A stretch of DNA of 63,994 nt, counting the filler, from Octopus bimaculoides (taxonomy: Eukaryota), in the NCBI RefSeq assembly GCF_001194135.2. It is 4 parts of 4 records of this genome, joined end to end, with 100 filler letters (N's around TTAATTAATTAA, not from the genome) between each part and the next. Parts side by side here need not be neighbours in the genome. Positions count along the whole stretch, not along the records: positions 23,371 to 40,888 come from NC_068998.1; positions 40,989 to 62,523 come from NC_068995.1; 2 more parts are not named here. The stretch is one strand, 5' to 3'. This document shows, piece after piece, positions 35,990 to 48,675 of the stretch. Made by a program: the position numbers and the translations under genes. How positions within the stretch are numbered: position 1 is the stretch's first letter; each line of letters opens with the position of its first letter. The notes below the pieces were generated by a model that made no database searches, was not told where the DNA came from, and saw only the letters and a list, made by a program, of their open reading frames with translations.

Positions 35990-38900
35990 TGGTGAAATTT
36001 TGGAACGTCTTGCAGATTTTATCTGTGCCACTTAATAGATTGAATTTGATTTGGAGAATCTAGATCAGTTTCTTTTGCTCTTTCTTCATGAAACTGAGTA
36101 TTTCTAGGATTTTGTGCAAATTTGTTGGTACATAACCTAATGCACCTATGAGAATTCATAGTCAGAGTATTAGAGCTGTAAGTTCCACATTAATTTGTCA
36201 TAGATGATTTTTTTTTCCCTGGACTTTTCAATGTACATTCACATCTGCTGGGCAGCTGACCTCTACAACAGGGCATGACTTTTGTTCCCTGTCCCACAGA
36301 ACGATATCACATCTGCTATGCCTGATGTTTTTACTGGGGTGTTCTAGTATTCCTTGCTTTTAAAGGTGTAAATACCTACTGGTTCTGACATGCCTTTGAT
36401 GTATACAACAGGATACCCCCTTCCTGTGGATAGCATTGTAGATTGTTTATGCAACTATATCATGCCTCAGGGACAGGTAATATCTTATAGATATTTTGGG
36501 GAAGCTGCTGATGATATAGGTGATATCTTCCACAATGGTATAGCAGAGCTGACATTTTCTATCACAACATGGAATTTGGTGGTATCTTTGTCCCTTTTGT
36601 TTATCAGGAATTTAGCAGCTATTTCCTGTTCCTGAGTAGCGATCCATATTCTTCCAGGTGGGATGTAATGTATCTATCGCAGATCCAGGAGAGGCTACTC
36701 TTCCTGTCAGTGCTGTTGTTGCCCTCTAGCTTACGGGATTTGTACCCATGCATTGCTTTTTGCTGGTTTGATGTCTGCTTCTTCTCCAAGCTTCTGTTTA
36801 GGTAGGCCAGTACAGCCTCCTTTGCATTGCATGAGACAGTTGTATTCCCAGAGTACCTGCACTGTAGCTCTTCTCCAACTCTGAAGATGTTGCTCTCACT
36901 TTTGAGTGTGCATGGTATATACTCATTGCTTTCTTTACTGTTCAGCAGATGTTGTCTGAGTGATACAATGAGACATTCAAAGGCTGTTTGAACTGACCTT
37001 ATGCTTCTACTGTCATCACTTCATCTCACATAAATCCTATCAGTGTCACTGTTAATGTGTAAGTTGTCAGTGGTGGTCAGTACCTTTCTGGTTTTGCTGT
37101 CCAGGCTGTGTATCTTGTTGAGTGTCCTGTCCAACATCCCAAATGTTGGTACTGGCACTGACACTGCAAAAACATTGTGAGATATGGTCTTGTTAAATGC
37201 AGACAGCTCTGAGTTCCATATTTTCTGGAGTCTACAGAAGTATTCTTTCATTATTTTGAGTTTTGCCACAGTACCAACATATGCAACATTCTCATTGATT
37301 CCAAGGTGCTTGTAGTTTTCATCACTAGAGATAAGGGGTAATAGACAAGCTGTTGTGGGATATGTTCTGTCTGGTCAACAATCTTTCCTCAGTTGACCAT
37401 CATGTACGAGCAATTATCTTGACCAGACTCCATTGCTATATTTTGTGAGAATGTTGTGACCAGTTCTAATTTTCTCTTTTTACAGTTTTACTCTTTTACT
37501 TGTTTCAGTCATTTGACTGCGGCCATGCTGGAGCACCACCATTAGTCGAGCAAATCGACCCCAGGACTTATTCTTTGTAAGCCTAGTACTTATTCTATCG
37601 GTCTCTTTTGCCAAACCACTAAGTTACGGAGATGTAAACACACCAGCATCGGTTGTTAAGCGATGTTGGGGGAACAAACACATATATATATATACATATA
37701 CATATATAGGACGGGTCTCTTTCAGTTTCTGTCTACCAAATCCACTCACAAGGCTTTGGTCAGCCCGAGGCTATAGTAGAAGACACTTGCCCAAGGTGCC
37801 ACACAGTGGGACTGAACCTTGAACCATGTGGCTGGTATGCAAGCTACTTACCACACAGCCACTCCTGCGCCTTTCTCTTGATGTTGATCGTATTACCAGA
37901 ATACAACTTAAAGTCATCAACAAAAAATGTGGGTGATGATTAATATTATTCTTTTCTGTATATCCCAGCTTGTTGCTGTGGCATTTTGTTAACAGGGATA
38001 ACAAGGGGTTCACAGCCAGTGCAAACAACATTACAGATAAACTATCAACCTGAAATTTTCCTGTTAAAGAATTGGTGTTGCTTTAGTAGTTGTCAGTGAT
38101 AACTGTGTGGACCATGTTGTGGTCAGTTTTTCAATGGCATTCACTATAGCAGCTGGTACTTTGGCAAGGTGTAGTGATTCTATCGTTCATGAGTGAGACA
38201 AAGAGTTGAATGCCTTCTTGCTCTCTAGCCATATTGTTATAAGGTTATGGTGATGTTGCTTGGCTTCCTTAAGGACAGTTTTGTTGAGTTGTTCAGTACA
38301 AACTCAGACCCCTTTCTTTTCTTCCGCTAGTTCATCGGTTATCACACCATTTTGTTTGGCAGTGGTCTTGGAGAAACATTCAGACAACCTGTGTACAGTT
38401 TGTACATAACATTCAATCATGCTATGAGCCTATAGTTTTTGACCTCATTGGTCTTTTTGTTCTTGGGAATAAGAGTAGTTCATATAACTGTCAGCCTATC
38501 TGGTATATCTAATTCAGTGTCCATTGTCATTTTTAAACAGGTTTGTGAGTATTTCTCTGTAGAACGTGAGCCTTTTGTATGAATAGCCTACTGTCAGGTC
38601 TCTCCCAGGTGATTTTCCATTCAACAGTTTCATAATAACCATCAGCAGTGTTCCACTAGTGATGTTATATATTTTGGGAGATGCATTTACACAATATTCC
38701 TTTTGTAGTTCATTTGACCATGTTGATTGTTATCATGTTCTTTGTTTATATTCCAGATTCCCTGCCAGAATGACTCTAGGTCTTTCTGGGTGGAGCATTT
38801 ACTACCTGGATGGTATTACCTTTTATACTGTGATGTACAGTTTGTGGGTTTCTGCAAACTTTTGGTTTATAGTTTTTTACAATTACAAAGTTTTTTATTT
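35990..38900 (-). mobile_element. Old R4/NeSL-type RLE LINE, heavily decayed, interrupted by a SINE
   Basis: LFALAVNPL, FVDDFKLYS, YKHLGINEN, EYFCRLQKIWNSELSAFNK, KCQLC..VEDITYIISS..RHD, RCDIVLWDREQKSCPVVEVSCPAD. Confidence 0.85.
37481..37871 (-). mobile_element. Full-length, young SINE family B with TSD TTTCTCTT
   Basis: Head ggcgcaggagtggctgtgtgg, B-box-like ggttcagtccc, (TA) linker, tail gactgaaacaagtaaaagag; TSD at 37471-37478 and 37872-37879. Confidence 0.95.
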
Positions 38901-39364
38901 ACCACTTGCAGATCAAGTTTGAGGGTGGTCACTTTGCCTATGAGTGTGTGTGTGTGTGTGTGTGTATCATCATCTCTTAGTATCTGTTTTCATGCTGGCA
39001 TGGGTTGGACGGTTTGACCAGAACTGGTAAGGCCAGGGGCTGCACCAGGTTCCATTGTCTTTTCAGGGATGTCCCTCTGCTGCCACTTGATAATTGGTGT
39101 TGGATTGTTTACATCCTTGTAACTTAGTGGTTTGGCAAAAGAGACCACAATTTTAAAGTACCAGACTTTAAAACATAAGTATTGCAATTGATTTGTTCAA
39201 TTAAATCCGTCAAGGTTGTGCCCCAGCATAGCTGCAGTCCAATGACTGACACATGTAAAAGAGTAAAAAATACAATGAAAATATAAAAAAAACTCTTAAA
39301 AACTGATGGTGTAATTAATACTCTTTCACACCTTGTGTGCCTTGGATTGAAAAACATGATAGAG

Positions 39365-40166
39365 CAGTAGTTCTTAACCAGGGTCCATGTGGTCCTTGGC
39401 AGTCCATATGAAATTTTGCTGTTAATGGAAGGAAGGTTTTTACGATACTTTTGGGATATCTTCTTCTTCCATTATAATTATTCTGTTGATTCAAGGAGCT
39501 GGAAATACGAAGAATGAAGTTCTCAGGCGGAGTAAATTCAATAACTGTTTATTCACAGATGCTTCGTACAAGGGGTTTGCTTTCAGTAACCATCTTCACA
39601 GCAGTGCACAGTTAACCTTCTCTCCCATACACGTGAGGTTCAATAACCTGTGGAGACAATGCATGTGCTATCACAGCAGGACAAAAGTCCGCTGTGAGCT
39701 CCTGGCTTCGAAGACTTGCTCGGTGTCAGCATGAGAAGAATTAAAGGGAAAATGTTGTCATCTTTTCCTTAAATAATGATTGCAGGCAAGATCTTGTTTT
39801 TGTCTCACGTATGGCAATGGTTGCAGGCAAGAGCTTGGTGTTTCAAAATGGTGCTGGCTTCTTTGTGCCTTGCTACAGGGGCTCTCCCCTGAGAACGCCA
39901 GTGCGAAAATAAAAAATAACTGGAACAGGCACAAGAAAAGAGCAAAAATGGTAATTGGTTGCAAACAACAAGGTTTATCTGCAATAAAGTGGTTATACTT
40001 CTACAATACACAGAATGTTTTAACAATTTTGTTTATACTATTCCAAATAATAACTAATTATAAAAAATATGATTTTTTTTAAACATCGGCTGGCTAGGAG
40101 GGTACATCCAAATGAAATGAAAATCAAAGGGGTACATAGGTAAAAAAAAATGGTTGAGAGACACTG
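39365..40166. mobile_element. Non-autonomous hAT (Charlie-like) element, 802 bp, 8-bp TSD TGATAGAG
   Basis: Termini CAGTAGTTCTTAACC / GGTTGAGAGACACTG; identical 8-mer at 39357-39364 and 40167-40174. Confidence 0.92.
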
Positions 40167-40837
40167 TGATAGAGGTTAGAGTAGAGATATGCCTTTACAC
40201 TGAGTTCAAATCCAACCATTTTCATTTTCATTTTATCTAGTTTCAGCTCATGAGCTGTGGCCATGCTGGGGCACTGCCACGGTCAGTTAATTTTACATGT
40301 TTTTGTCCTTCCGGAAATAGGTCAAAGATGGAGTCACTAAGATAAAATATGTCATCCATTGATGGTTGACTGATGGTTGACTGCCCCCTCCTTACTCCTC
40401 CATCCCAACCAATTTGGCTTGTTGGTCTTGTTCTCTGTTGAAAGTGATTATATTTGGTCTCTTAAAGCTTTTATCATCCTGACATTTACCTTTTTCCTTT
40501 CTTTCCTTCTGTTTTCTTTCCTTTTTCCTTTCCTTTCTTTCCTTTTTCTTTCTTTCCTTCCTTCCTTACTCTCTCTCTCTTTCTCGTCCCATATCGCCAA
40601 TGTAATAGACACTTTCAGCTGTTGCTTTTCAAAAGCCAGTCTCTCATAAGTGACTGACATCTTTTTTTTTTTGTTATTTTTTCAAATAGTTTCCTGTTTT
40701 AACACAATTGCTACATATTTCTGTTATTATTTTTTTAAAATTTATTTTCTCAATTGATATGAGTGGGTGGATGTGTGGATGTATCAAGGTGTGTGTGTGT
40801 ATACACATATATTCATGTCTGCATTCAGGTGTGTATA

Positions 40838-40888
<51 letters not shown>

Positions 40889-41009
40889 NNNNNNNNNNNN
40901 NNNNNNNNNNNNNNNNNNNNNNNNNNNNNNNNTTAATTAATTAANNNNNNNNNNNNNNNNNNNNNNNNNNNNNNNNNNNNNNNNNNNNTGTGCCTCTGTG
41001 TGTGTGTGT

Positions 41010-41045
<36 letters not shown>

Positions 41046-41047
41046 CT

Positions 41048-41900
41048 GGAGGTCTTCTGACAAATTCTCGCTTATTAGAAAGCGAAACGACCCACGTTAC
41101 ACGACCAAAACAGTGAAGTCTGGGGGTAAAAGTCTGATGCTTTGGGGATACATAAAAAGTGATGGTTCGAGAAAGTTGGTTAACATTGATGGTAACTTGA
41201 ATAGTGCCAAATACATCCAGTTGCTGAAGGACAATTTGATACCAGACTTAGATGAAGGTGAGATTTTTCAGTATGACGGAGCTCCATGCCACAGATTGTG
41301 TGCAACATAATAGAGTCTGACTGATGAAGGCATTACCGTATTGAAAGATTGGCCAGCTCAGAGCCCTGGCTTAAATATCATCGAACAAATGTGGACAGAA
41401 CTAAAGAGAAGAGTTCGTCAGAAGAATCCATGCAATCTTGAAGAGTTGTGGGAGTTCAGCCACAGAGAATTGCATCTCGTACCTGTGGAGATGGTGAAGG
41501 ATTTGTACGCATCTCTTCCCAGGTGCATTGAAGCGATTATTCAAGCTAAGGGAAGCTGCACGAAATATTAACATTGAACAGTTAATTTCTTGGAATGAAC
41601 ATTATGCAATAAAATTTTCATTATAGACAATTTTTTTCTGTTTTAAAAGACTATCTTGATTGGTTTTATGTGAGATGGGCGAAAACTTTTGCACGGCCAT
41701 TTTTAGTGGTCGTCTTGCATCTACCCCTCTTATTCAGAACCCCTACTGCAAAATATGACGATTAGGTATGGAAATGACTAACAGGGGCCAATGTTTCATC
41801 TGTAAAAAACGCAATGCAAGACATCCAGGTATAAGTTGGCAATTAGTAGAAATTTACAATAGTTTAAAGTGGCTGAAGACTTTTGCACGATACTCTGTGT
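41048..41900 (+). mobile_element. Tc1-family transposon 3' half (DD34E transposase C-terminus plus right end)
   Basis: TVKSGGKSLMLWG, FQYDGAPCH, DWPAQSPGLNIIEQMW, IIQAKGSCTKY*; two in-frame stops at ~41308-41313; terminal-type motifs ACTTTTGCACG at ~41686 and ~41879. Confidence 0.92.
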
Positions 41901-41952
41901 GTGTGTGCGCGCGCGCGCGCGTCTGCGTGTATGTGTGTGTGTGTCTGTGAGT

Positions 41953-42022
<70 letters not shown>

Positions 42023-42093
42023 TTGAAATTTATAGAAAAAAACAAAAGACGAAGACACATGAATTAGTTTGACGCTCAGGAAAATGAAAAAGT

Positions 42094-42129
42094 CTTTTAC
42101 GTTTCGAGCCTACGTTCTTCAACAGAAAG
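42094..42129 (-). ncRNA. Minimal type I hammerhead-like motif (Penelope-type) with an A6-to-U variant core
   Basis: Minus strand cttt CTGTTGA A gaac gtag gctc GAAAC GTA aaag; stem I cttt/aaag is perfect. Confidence 0.55.
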
Positions 42130-42498
42130 GAATAAGGCAAAATAAACAGAGGGAGAATGAGAAAATACTCGCAGATTTAGCGGTCAAGCATGGCGAATGA
42201 TTAGAAAAACAAGTTTGAAAGAAGAGGTTGAAAGAAAGGGAGATAAAAAAGTATTAGTCATCCTAAATGAAGGTGCACGTGCGTGTGTGTGTGTGTACAA
42301 ACACACACACACACACACACATATATACATACATACATACATACATACATACATACATACATACAGTCCTGTTTTATATAAAGATTATCTAACAGTTCTT
42401 TGGACTCTTCTCACCTGAAGACGCGCATGTGTATAGCTATTGTTGAATCACATTAATACAATATTGTTAATAATGTGTATATGTAACATTTAGCAATT

Positions 42499-42536
42499 AT
42501 CACCTGATAATGATGAGCTGAAACAATTGTAGTGAT
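42499..42536 (+). ncRNA. Minimal type I hammerhead-like motif with a palindromic stem III loop
   Basis: atcac CTGATAA tgatgagct GAAAC aatt GTA gtgat; stem I atcac/gtgat is perfect, G8 is changed to A and stem II is disrupted; AATAAA at 42541. Confidence 0.5.
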
Positions 42537-43511
42537 TTATAATAAAACCTGTTCATTCCAGCTTCTTGTATTAAAATTTGTTACTATTAAGTGGCGTGGT
42601 GGTGGTGGGGGGGGGGTCATTTGTAATATTTCACGCTAGCATTGTTGTTGCTATTCTCACTAGTGGCTGCACCATGATGAAGTAGTTTCGCATCAGGTGA
42701 TTTGCCAAACCAATTTTATGTCTGAAATTTATAATTAGAACTTTACACATAGATTCTTCATATTTCTCAAATTCTAGCATTCTGTATCATTCCAAAAACT
42801 CTTTTTCGCTGTCTGTGCAATACTAATGATTTCATAATACTTTAATCCATTTCGCTTCCTTGTCAGCAGTGACTGCATCCTACCTCTGATCTGGTCGCAT
42901 TCTATGTTGAAACTGTAGAATATATTGATGTTATTCTGTTTAATAACACTAAGGGAGTGTTGTTAATGGATGTCTATAACTCCTCATGATTAGTCTACGT
43001 AATTCTTGACCAACAATCCTCTGCAAGATTATAATCTTTCCTTGGTATCCAGTTTCCTATAATTTTACCGTTTTCACAATTCATGATTTAACAGATTAAT
43101 GTATATTGGACTTAATGAACTTGTTCTTGTATTGCGAAGACTTGTGTAATAGTTTTGGTCTAATAGTTTATATTGAATTTGTTCATTGGAATATTGGTAA
43201 ACCTGTTCCAGTACTGCAAACATCAATGGTTCTTTCAGCTCCAGGATGTTTTCAGTCATTGGAATGCAGCCATGCGGGATCCCCGACTTCAGTGGTTTTA
43301 GTTGATCATATCGGCGCCAGTCTGGTACTCATTTATCGATATTTATTTGTCAAATTAAGTTACAAGACCAGATTTTTCTTGGTTTGATTCATGTGGAACT
43401 TACATTACGTAAACAGTGCCGTCATAAATTTCAGAATTTATGTTAATTTATGTTAGTATATGTTAATTCTCTTACAATTATGATTTAATTGCTTTCATAT
43501 TTTTATCCTTC

Positions 43512-43867
43512 AAGGCGGCGTGCTGGCAGAAACGTTAGCAAACCGGGCGAAATGCGTAGCGGTATTTCGTCTGCCGTTCTGAGTTCAAATTCCGCCGAGG
43601 TCGACTTTGCCTTTCATCCTTTCGGGGTCGATTAAATAAGTACCAGTTACGCAATGGGGTCGATATAATCGGCTTAATCTGTTTGTCTGTCCTTGTTTGT
43701 CCCCTCTGTGTATAACCCCTTGTGGGCAGTAAAGAAATAGGTATTTCGTCTGTCGTTACGTTCTGAGTTCAAATTCCGTCAAGGTCGACTTTGCCTTTCA
43801 TCCTTTCGGGGTCGATAAATTAAGTACCAGTTACACACTTGGGTCGATGTAATCGACTTAATTCCTT
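43512..43867 (+). mobile_element. SINE family A2 followed by a tandem partial copy running into a gap
   Basis: The second copy restarts at ggtatttcgtctg (~43740). Confidence 0.9.
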
Positions 43868-44944
43868 NNNNNNNNNNNNNNNNNNNNNNNNNNNNNNNNN
43901 NNNNNNNNNNNNNNNNNNNNNNNNNNNNNNNNNNNNNNNNNNNNNNNNNNNNNNNNNNNNNNNNNNNNNNNNNNNNNNNNNNNNNNNNNNNNNNNNNNNN
44001 NNNNNNNNNNNNNNNNNNNNNNNNNNNNNNNNNNNNNNNNNNNNNNNNNNNNNNNNNNNNNNNNNNNNNNNNNNNNNNNNNNNNNNNNNNNNNNNNNNNN
44101 NNNNNNNNNNNNNNNNNNNNNNNNNNNNNNNNNNNNNNNNNNNNNNNNNNNNNNNNNNNNNNNNNNNNNNNNNNNNNNNNNNNNNNNNNNNNNNNNNNNN
44201 NNNNNNNNNNNNNNNNNNNNNNNNNNNNNNNNNNNNNNNNNNNNNNNNNNNNNNNNNNNNNNNNNNNNNNNNNNNNNNNNNNNNNNNNNNNNNNNNNNNN
44301 NNNNNNNNNNNNNNNNNNNNNNNNNNNNNNNNNNNNNNNNNNNNNNNNNNNNNNNNNNNNNNNNNNNNNNNNNNNNNNNNNNNNNNNNNNNNNNNNNNNN
44401 NNNNNNNNNNNNNNNNNNNNNNNNNNNNNNNNNNNNNNNNNNNNNNNNNNNNNNNNNNNNNNNNNNNNNNNNNNNNNNNNNNNNNNNNNNNNNNNNNNNN
44501 NNNNNNNNNNNNNNNNNNNNNNNTTTTTTTTTTTTTTTTTTCTTTTTTTTTTTGTCTACATGCTTTTGCACCTTTTAAAATATTTACGTTGATTAACGCC
44601 CTCAATCATACATTATTAAGGTATTTACTAACGAAAGTGATGACTTATATAATAAAATTATATTTGACCTTGGAATATATCATCAGCCATATTTCTGCTC
44701 GCAGGTAAACACAATGTCCCATTCAATCTTAACAAATTTTGTTTTGAATGTGTTTAAAATATAAATTTGGTACCTAATTTAAATATTTTATGTTAAAGAA
44801 ACCTCACGACTCCTCAAAATACCCAAGTCACACCTAAAGAGTTTCCCTGTGAGCTGACAACGCTCTATCGCTCTATAGGAGGCGCTACTGCCACTAATAT
44901 AAAATATGTGAATCTCTTTGAAATTACTTTTGACTTTTAATGCT

Positions 44945-45175
44945 CCATAAGGGACTCTCTATGCGATCGTTCGGCTCGCTAGAAATAGCAACCCTACCTC
45001 TCAGAAGACACATCCTATCGTCTTAAAGATGGAAGAACATATTAGATAGTATTGCCCATTGGAGAATTTCGTCTTATGTGTGAAAAATAGAAAGGATGGT
45101 CACGACTGGAACGTTGTTAATTATTGAACACACCATAGGTCTATTCGATCAGTTAGCCTAGATCTAAACAACAAC
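44945..45175 (+). mobile_element. Unclassified interspersed repeat family D ending ...ctaaacaacaaca (other pieces at ~12230-12340, 17530-17630, 51780-51890, 52120-52600, 60400-60460)
   Basis: Recurrent gctagaaatagca...ggatggtca.gactggaa...ataggtct...ctaaacaacaa module. Confidence 0.65.
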
Positions 45176-45348
45176 ATTGTATCTATGGTCAATGCATGTC
45201 AACATCTGACACTGTCTTATCTATGCTGATCTTGTCTTATTTTCCCATTGTTTCAGAAGAGATATCACTAAAATGGTGAGGCTCAACATCTCTCTTCTGC
45301 CAGGCGCACGAGTACTTCATATGATAATTACGTCATTACGTAAATTTG

Positions 45349-45690
45349 TTTGGCCAAGTGGTTAAGGTGATGGATTCATGATCATAATGTCATGAGTTCA
45401 ATTCCTGAATCGAACGGAGTGGTCCAAGAATTGAACTATTGATTCCTTGGCCAAGACACTTCATTTTATATTCAGCTGAAAATGAATCCAAGCCGAATGC
45501 TGGTACAGTACCCTACTCCCACCAGCTGTCAAATTCTCTGAGTTCTACTGAGGGATGGGAGCCAAGATGGTGTATGTGCTTGCTTGTGACTACGTTAGCA
45601 CTTAAAGCAATTAACAAAAGCATGGTACACGTTACCAAGTTATCCTTGCTTACGACTGACGGCTATTATTTGATCCAGTCTGGTCTAGTC
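45349..45690 (+). mobile_element. Old tRNA-head SINE (family C-like)
   Basis: tggccaagtggttaagg A-box, gagttcaattcc B-box, ccttggccaagacacttcatttt central box. Confidence 0.65.
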
Positions 45691-45894
45691 TGATCTGGTT
45701 TGATTAGATTTGGTTTATATCAGTGCTAACATAATTAATGTAATGAGACAATAAATTTTAGTTAATTAGACTTACATCCGTATTGCGGAAAAATAATCGT
45801 TAGCTTAATGATAATTCTGATTAAAAAGGAAAAACAATGGCAGTGGCAACAAAGCATTTTACCGCCGTTTGCATGAGAATTTATGGCGAAATAT

Positions 45895-46095
45895 TGATTT
45901 TAAATTTTCGCACAAGGCTAGCAATTTCTGGGTAGGGGTTTGTCGATTACATCAGCCCTAGTGCTCAACTGGTACTTGTTTTATCCACCACGAAAGGATG
46001 AAAAGCAAAATCGATCTCGGTTGAATTTGAACAGAGGAAATGCCGCTAAGCATTTTGCCCGGCGTGCTAATGATTCTGCCAGCTCTCCACCTTAA
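45895..46095 (-). mobile_element. SINE family A
   Basis: Standard motifs. Confidence 0.88.
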
Positions 46096-47371
46096 TTTAT
46101 GATGGAATAATTTCTCATACAAATTACAATGTCAGAAAAGAACACAACTAAACATCCCAAGGCATTGTTGCTGATGCTCCACCGATGCTTCTATACCACT
46201 ACGAAACTAAAATTATATACTGTTAAAATATAATAATACAGCGTTCGATTTTTAATTCTTGTCTTGGATATTTTCCAACAGAAATAGAAGCAAGACGATA
46301 ATCAAACTGTCTAACTGCAGAGCAAAAGTCGAAATATTATAATTAAGACAGTCATATATTGAACCGATTCTGGCCAACATCTATTTTAGGTGAGGTCGGG
46401 TTATATATGAGATTATTTGGGGTTATAATAAAAATTCTTATAAGGAATCTGAAACTTCAATGGAATTTTTCTTAAACAAAACCAAAAAAAAAAAACAAAA
46501 CCCAAATTGTGAAAGTCATTTCATTTCGTCGTTTTTAACTTTTTTTTTTTTCTTTTGTTCTTTCTCCGCTGAAATTGATTCGTCGTCGTTTTTTTTTTTT
46601 TTTTAATTATTTTCTTCTCAAATCACACCGGACTAAAAGGATCTGCGATAACAGCAACCTAGGAATGACCATCATGCCCTCTTTTTCTCAGACAGTTTAC
46701 CCTGGTTTAGATAATCCAACAGTTCTACACTTTTAGAAACTATTTTGAGGGACATTTACCAGCTATTTCTAACAGAATTAACGTCGCATTGGGTCTCTCT
46801 CTCGTTGATTCGTCTGATTTCTTCATTAATTCTACTTTCTACTTTACTACGGCTGGATAGAAAAATTTATCGTTGTTGTTGTTGTTGGTTGCGTTGCTTA
46901 GAGCCAAGTTAACCTTAACTTCAGACTTATGATCGAAACCTTTTCACTCAAACCGGTTCCGTCTTTTTTTTATCTTCAGACAAAATTCTTCTTTTAAAAG
47001 AATGAGATTTTGATTCACCTGACCAGGTTGGAACATTTGTTCTTGCACTTCTTATGGAAGAACTGGGCACCACTGCTCAGAAGGACTCAGAATGTTGTTG
47101 CTTGTGATACGCAACCATTCGCTAAGACTGCGATATCCGTAGGGATATATAAACGGCCGCTAGGTCACCATTTATCCGGCACAACTTCGAGTAGGCGATC
47201 TGTTTTGTTGGAGCTGTGGTCTTGGATCAAACATTGACTAGCATTGCGGGTCTAGTATATAAAACGTTGTCACGTGCTCACAGTCATGTATTACTCGGTA
47301 ATGCTGTGATAGAACGGTAACTCTAGCATTCTATGGAGGTTTACTTGAGGGTGTGAACAGTAATGTTCTGG

Positions 47372-48510
47372 ATGGTGCTCTGGATATCGACAAAGAACAA
47401 CAAAGACGTCAGTTCCAGAAGAATCTCAGTCCAGGAACTTCAGGCAGTTTCCAGATATTCTTGGCCTGAAATTGCTACTGGCTCCTGGCAGTGAGATCTA
47501 TTTGAGGGCTTTCTGCTCTAACAGAGGGGAGATTCAGAGGGAGGGAGAGGAGGGAAAGAGATAGGGGGAGAGAAAGAGAGGATGAGAGGGAGGGAGGGGA
47601 AGAGAGAGAGAGGGGGGAGATAGGGAAAGAGGCAGACAGTTACAGAACTAGAAATGTCAATAATAGAAGGTCCTGAAGGTTCTTGCTTAATTATCACAAT
47701 GAATTTTGACACTGGTTACAGCTCGTGCTCAAATTCAGTTGACAGTCAGTGGTCTTAGTCTCCGGGCACAATCTGTAGGGTTAACCCCATCCTCTTGCGA
47801 TGATATGGAGCAAATATAGGCTGGTGAGGAGTGGCAAGACCATCGCGTGGGCAAGGGGCGATTTTTTTTTCCCACGAGAGTTCCGGACCCCAGCAATGAA
47901 CTCATTTGCATACAGTGAATCAGAGCTCACCTTCACCTTGTTGTCAAGTTAACAAATACACTCTACCAAGTAAACTCAAGACAAAGAACCATGTTGTAAG
48001 TCGACCGATCGCCAAGTTATACCTGATTGTAGAAGGAGACAAGTAATTAGATAGATTTGCACCTATACTTATTATCGGATTTTGTTAGGGTCAAATATGG
48101 TAGTGATGCGGATGGGGAAAATGCGGGTAGAGGGTGATGCGCTAGTAAACCTCTCCCCTTACTGTTTTACAAAGTAAACAACAACACAAATAACTACGCA
48201 GAACAAGATCAAGGAGTATTATTAAAGGAGAAAAGAAGCATGGTGCTCCGGATATCGACAAAGAACAATAAAGATGTCAGTTCCAGAAGAATCTCAGTCC
48301 AGGAACTTCAGGCAGCTTCCAGATATTCTTGGCCTGAAATTGCTACTGGCTCCTGGCAGTGAGATCTATTTCCTTACCCAAGTGACTTTATCTTATCGCC
48401 CATCACTTGTTATGCGCTCATGAATTAGTTTAATAGTTGAGCTCTGATTGGCTGTATGCAAATGAGTTCATAACTGGGGTCCGAAACTCTCGTGGGAAAA
48501 AAAATTTCGC
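47372..48510. repeat. Unclassified composite: 132-bp direct repeats (47372-47503, 48240-48371) interleaved with 72-bp inverted repeats (47858-47929, 48438-48510)
   Basis: The DRs differ at 4 positions. The IR arms are near-perfect reverse complements and contain ATGCAAAT. Confidence 0.9.
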
Positions 48511-48675
48511 GCGGGGGGGGGGGGGGGGCAGAAAATGATGAGAAATAAAAAAAAACAAATTCGTTAAAAGAAAATACGTAAAAGAAAAGTATGAAGAGGA
48601 CTCCGTTGGTGGGACTACACAGGGTTTACAATCGTATCATTAAGCAACGTGACTGATAATATTAATGTTGAGTGT

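Noticed and set aside
42700-43260. Possible Penelope RT remnant on the minus strand near the hammerheads
   Set aside because: Only a vague YRKLDT similarity amid many stops; not enough to call.
47010-47520. Gypsy integrase or CR1 RT similarity (YKTL..., DIDKEQQRR)
   Set aside because: The motif fragments are in different frames with wrong spacing; not supportable without a profile search.
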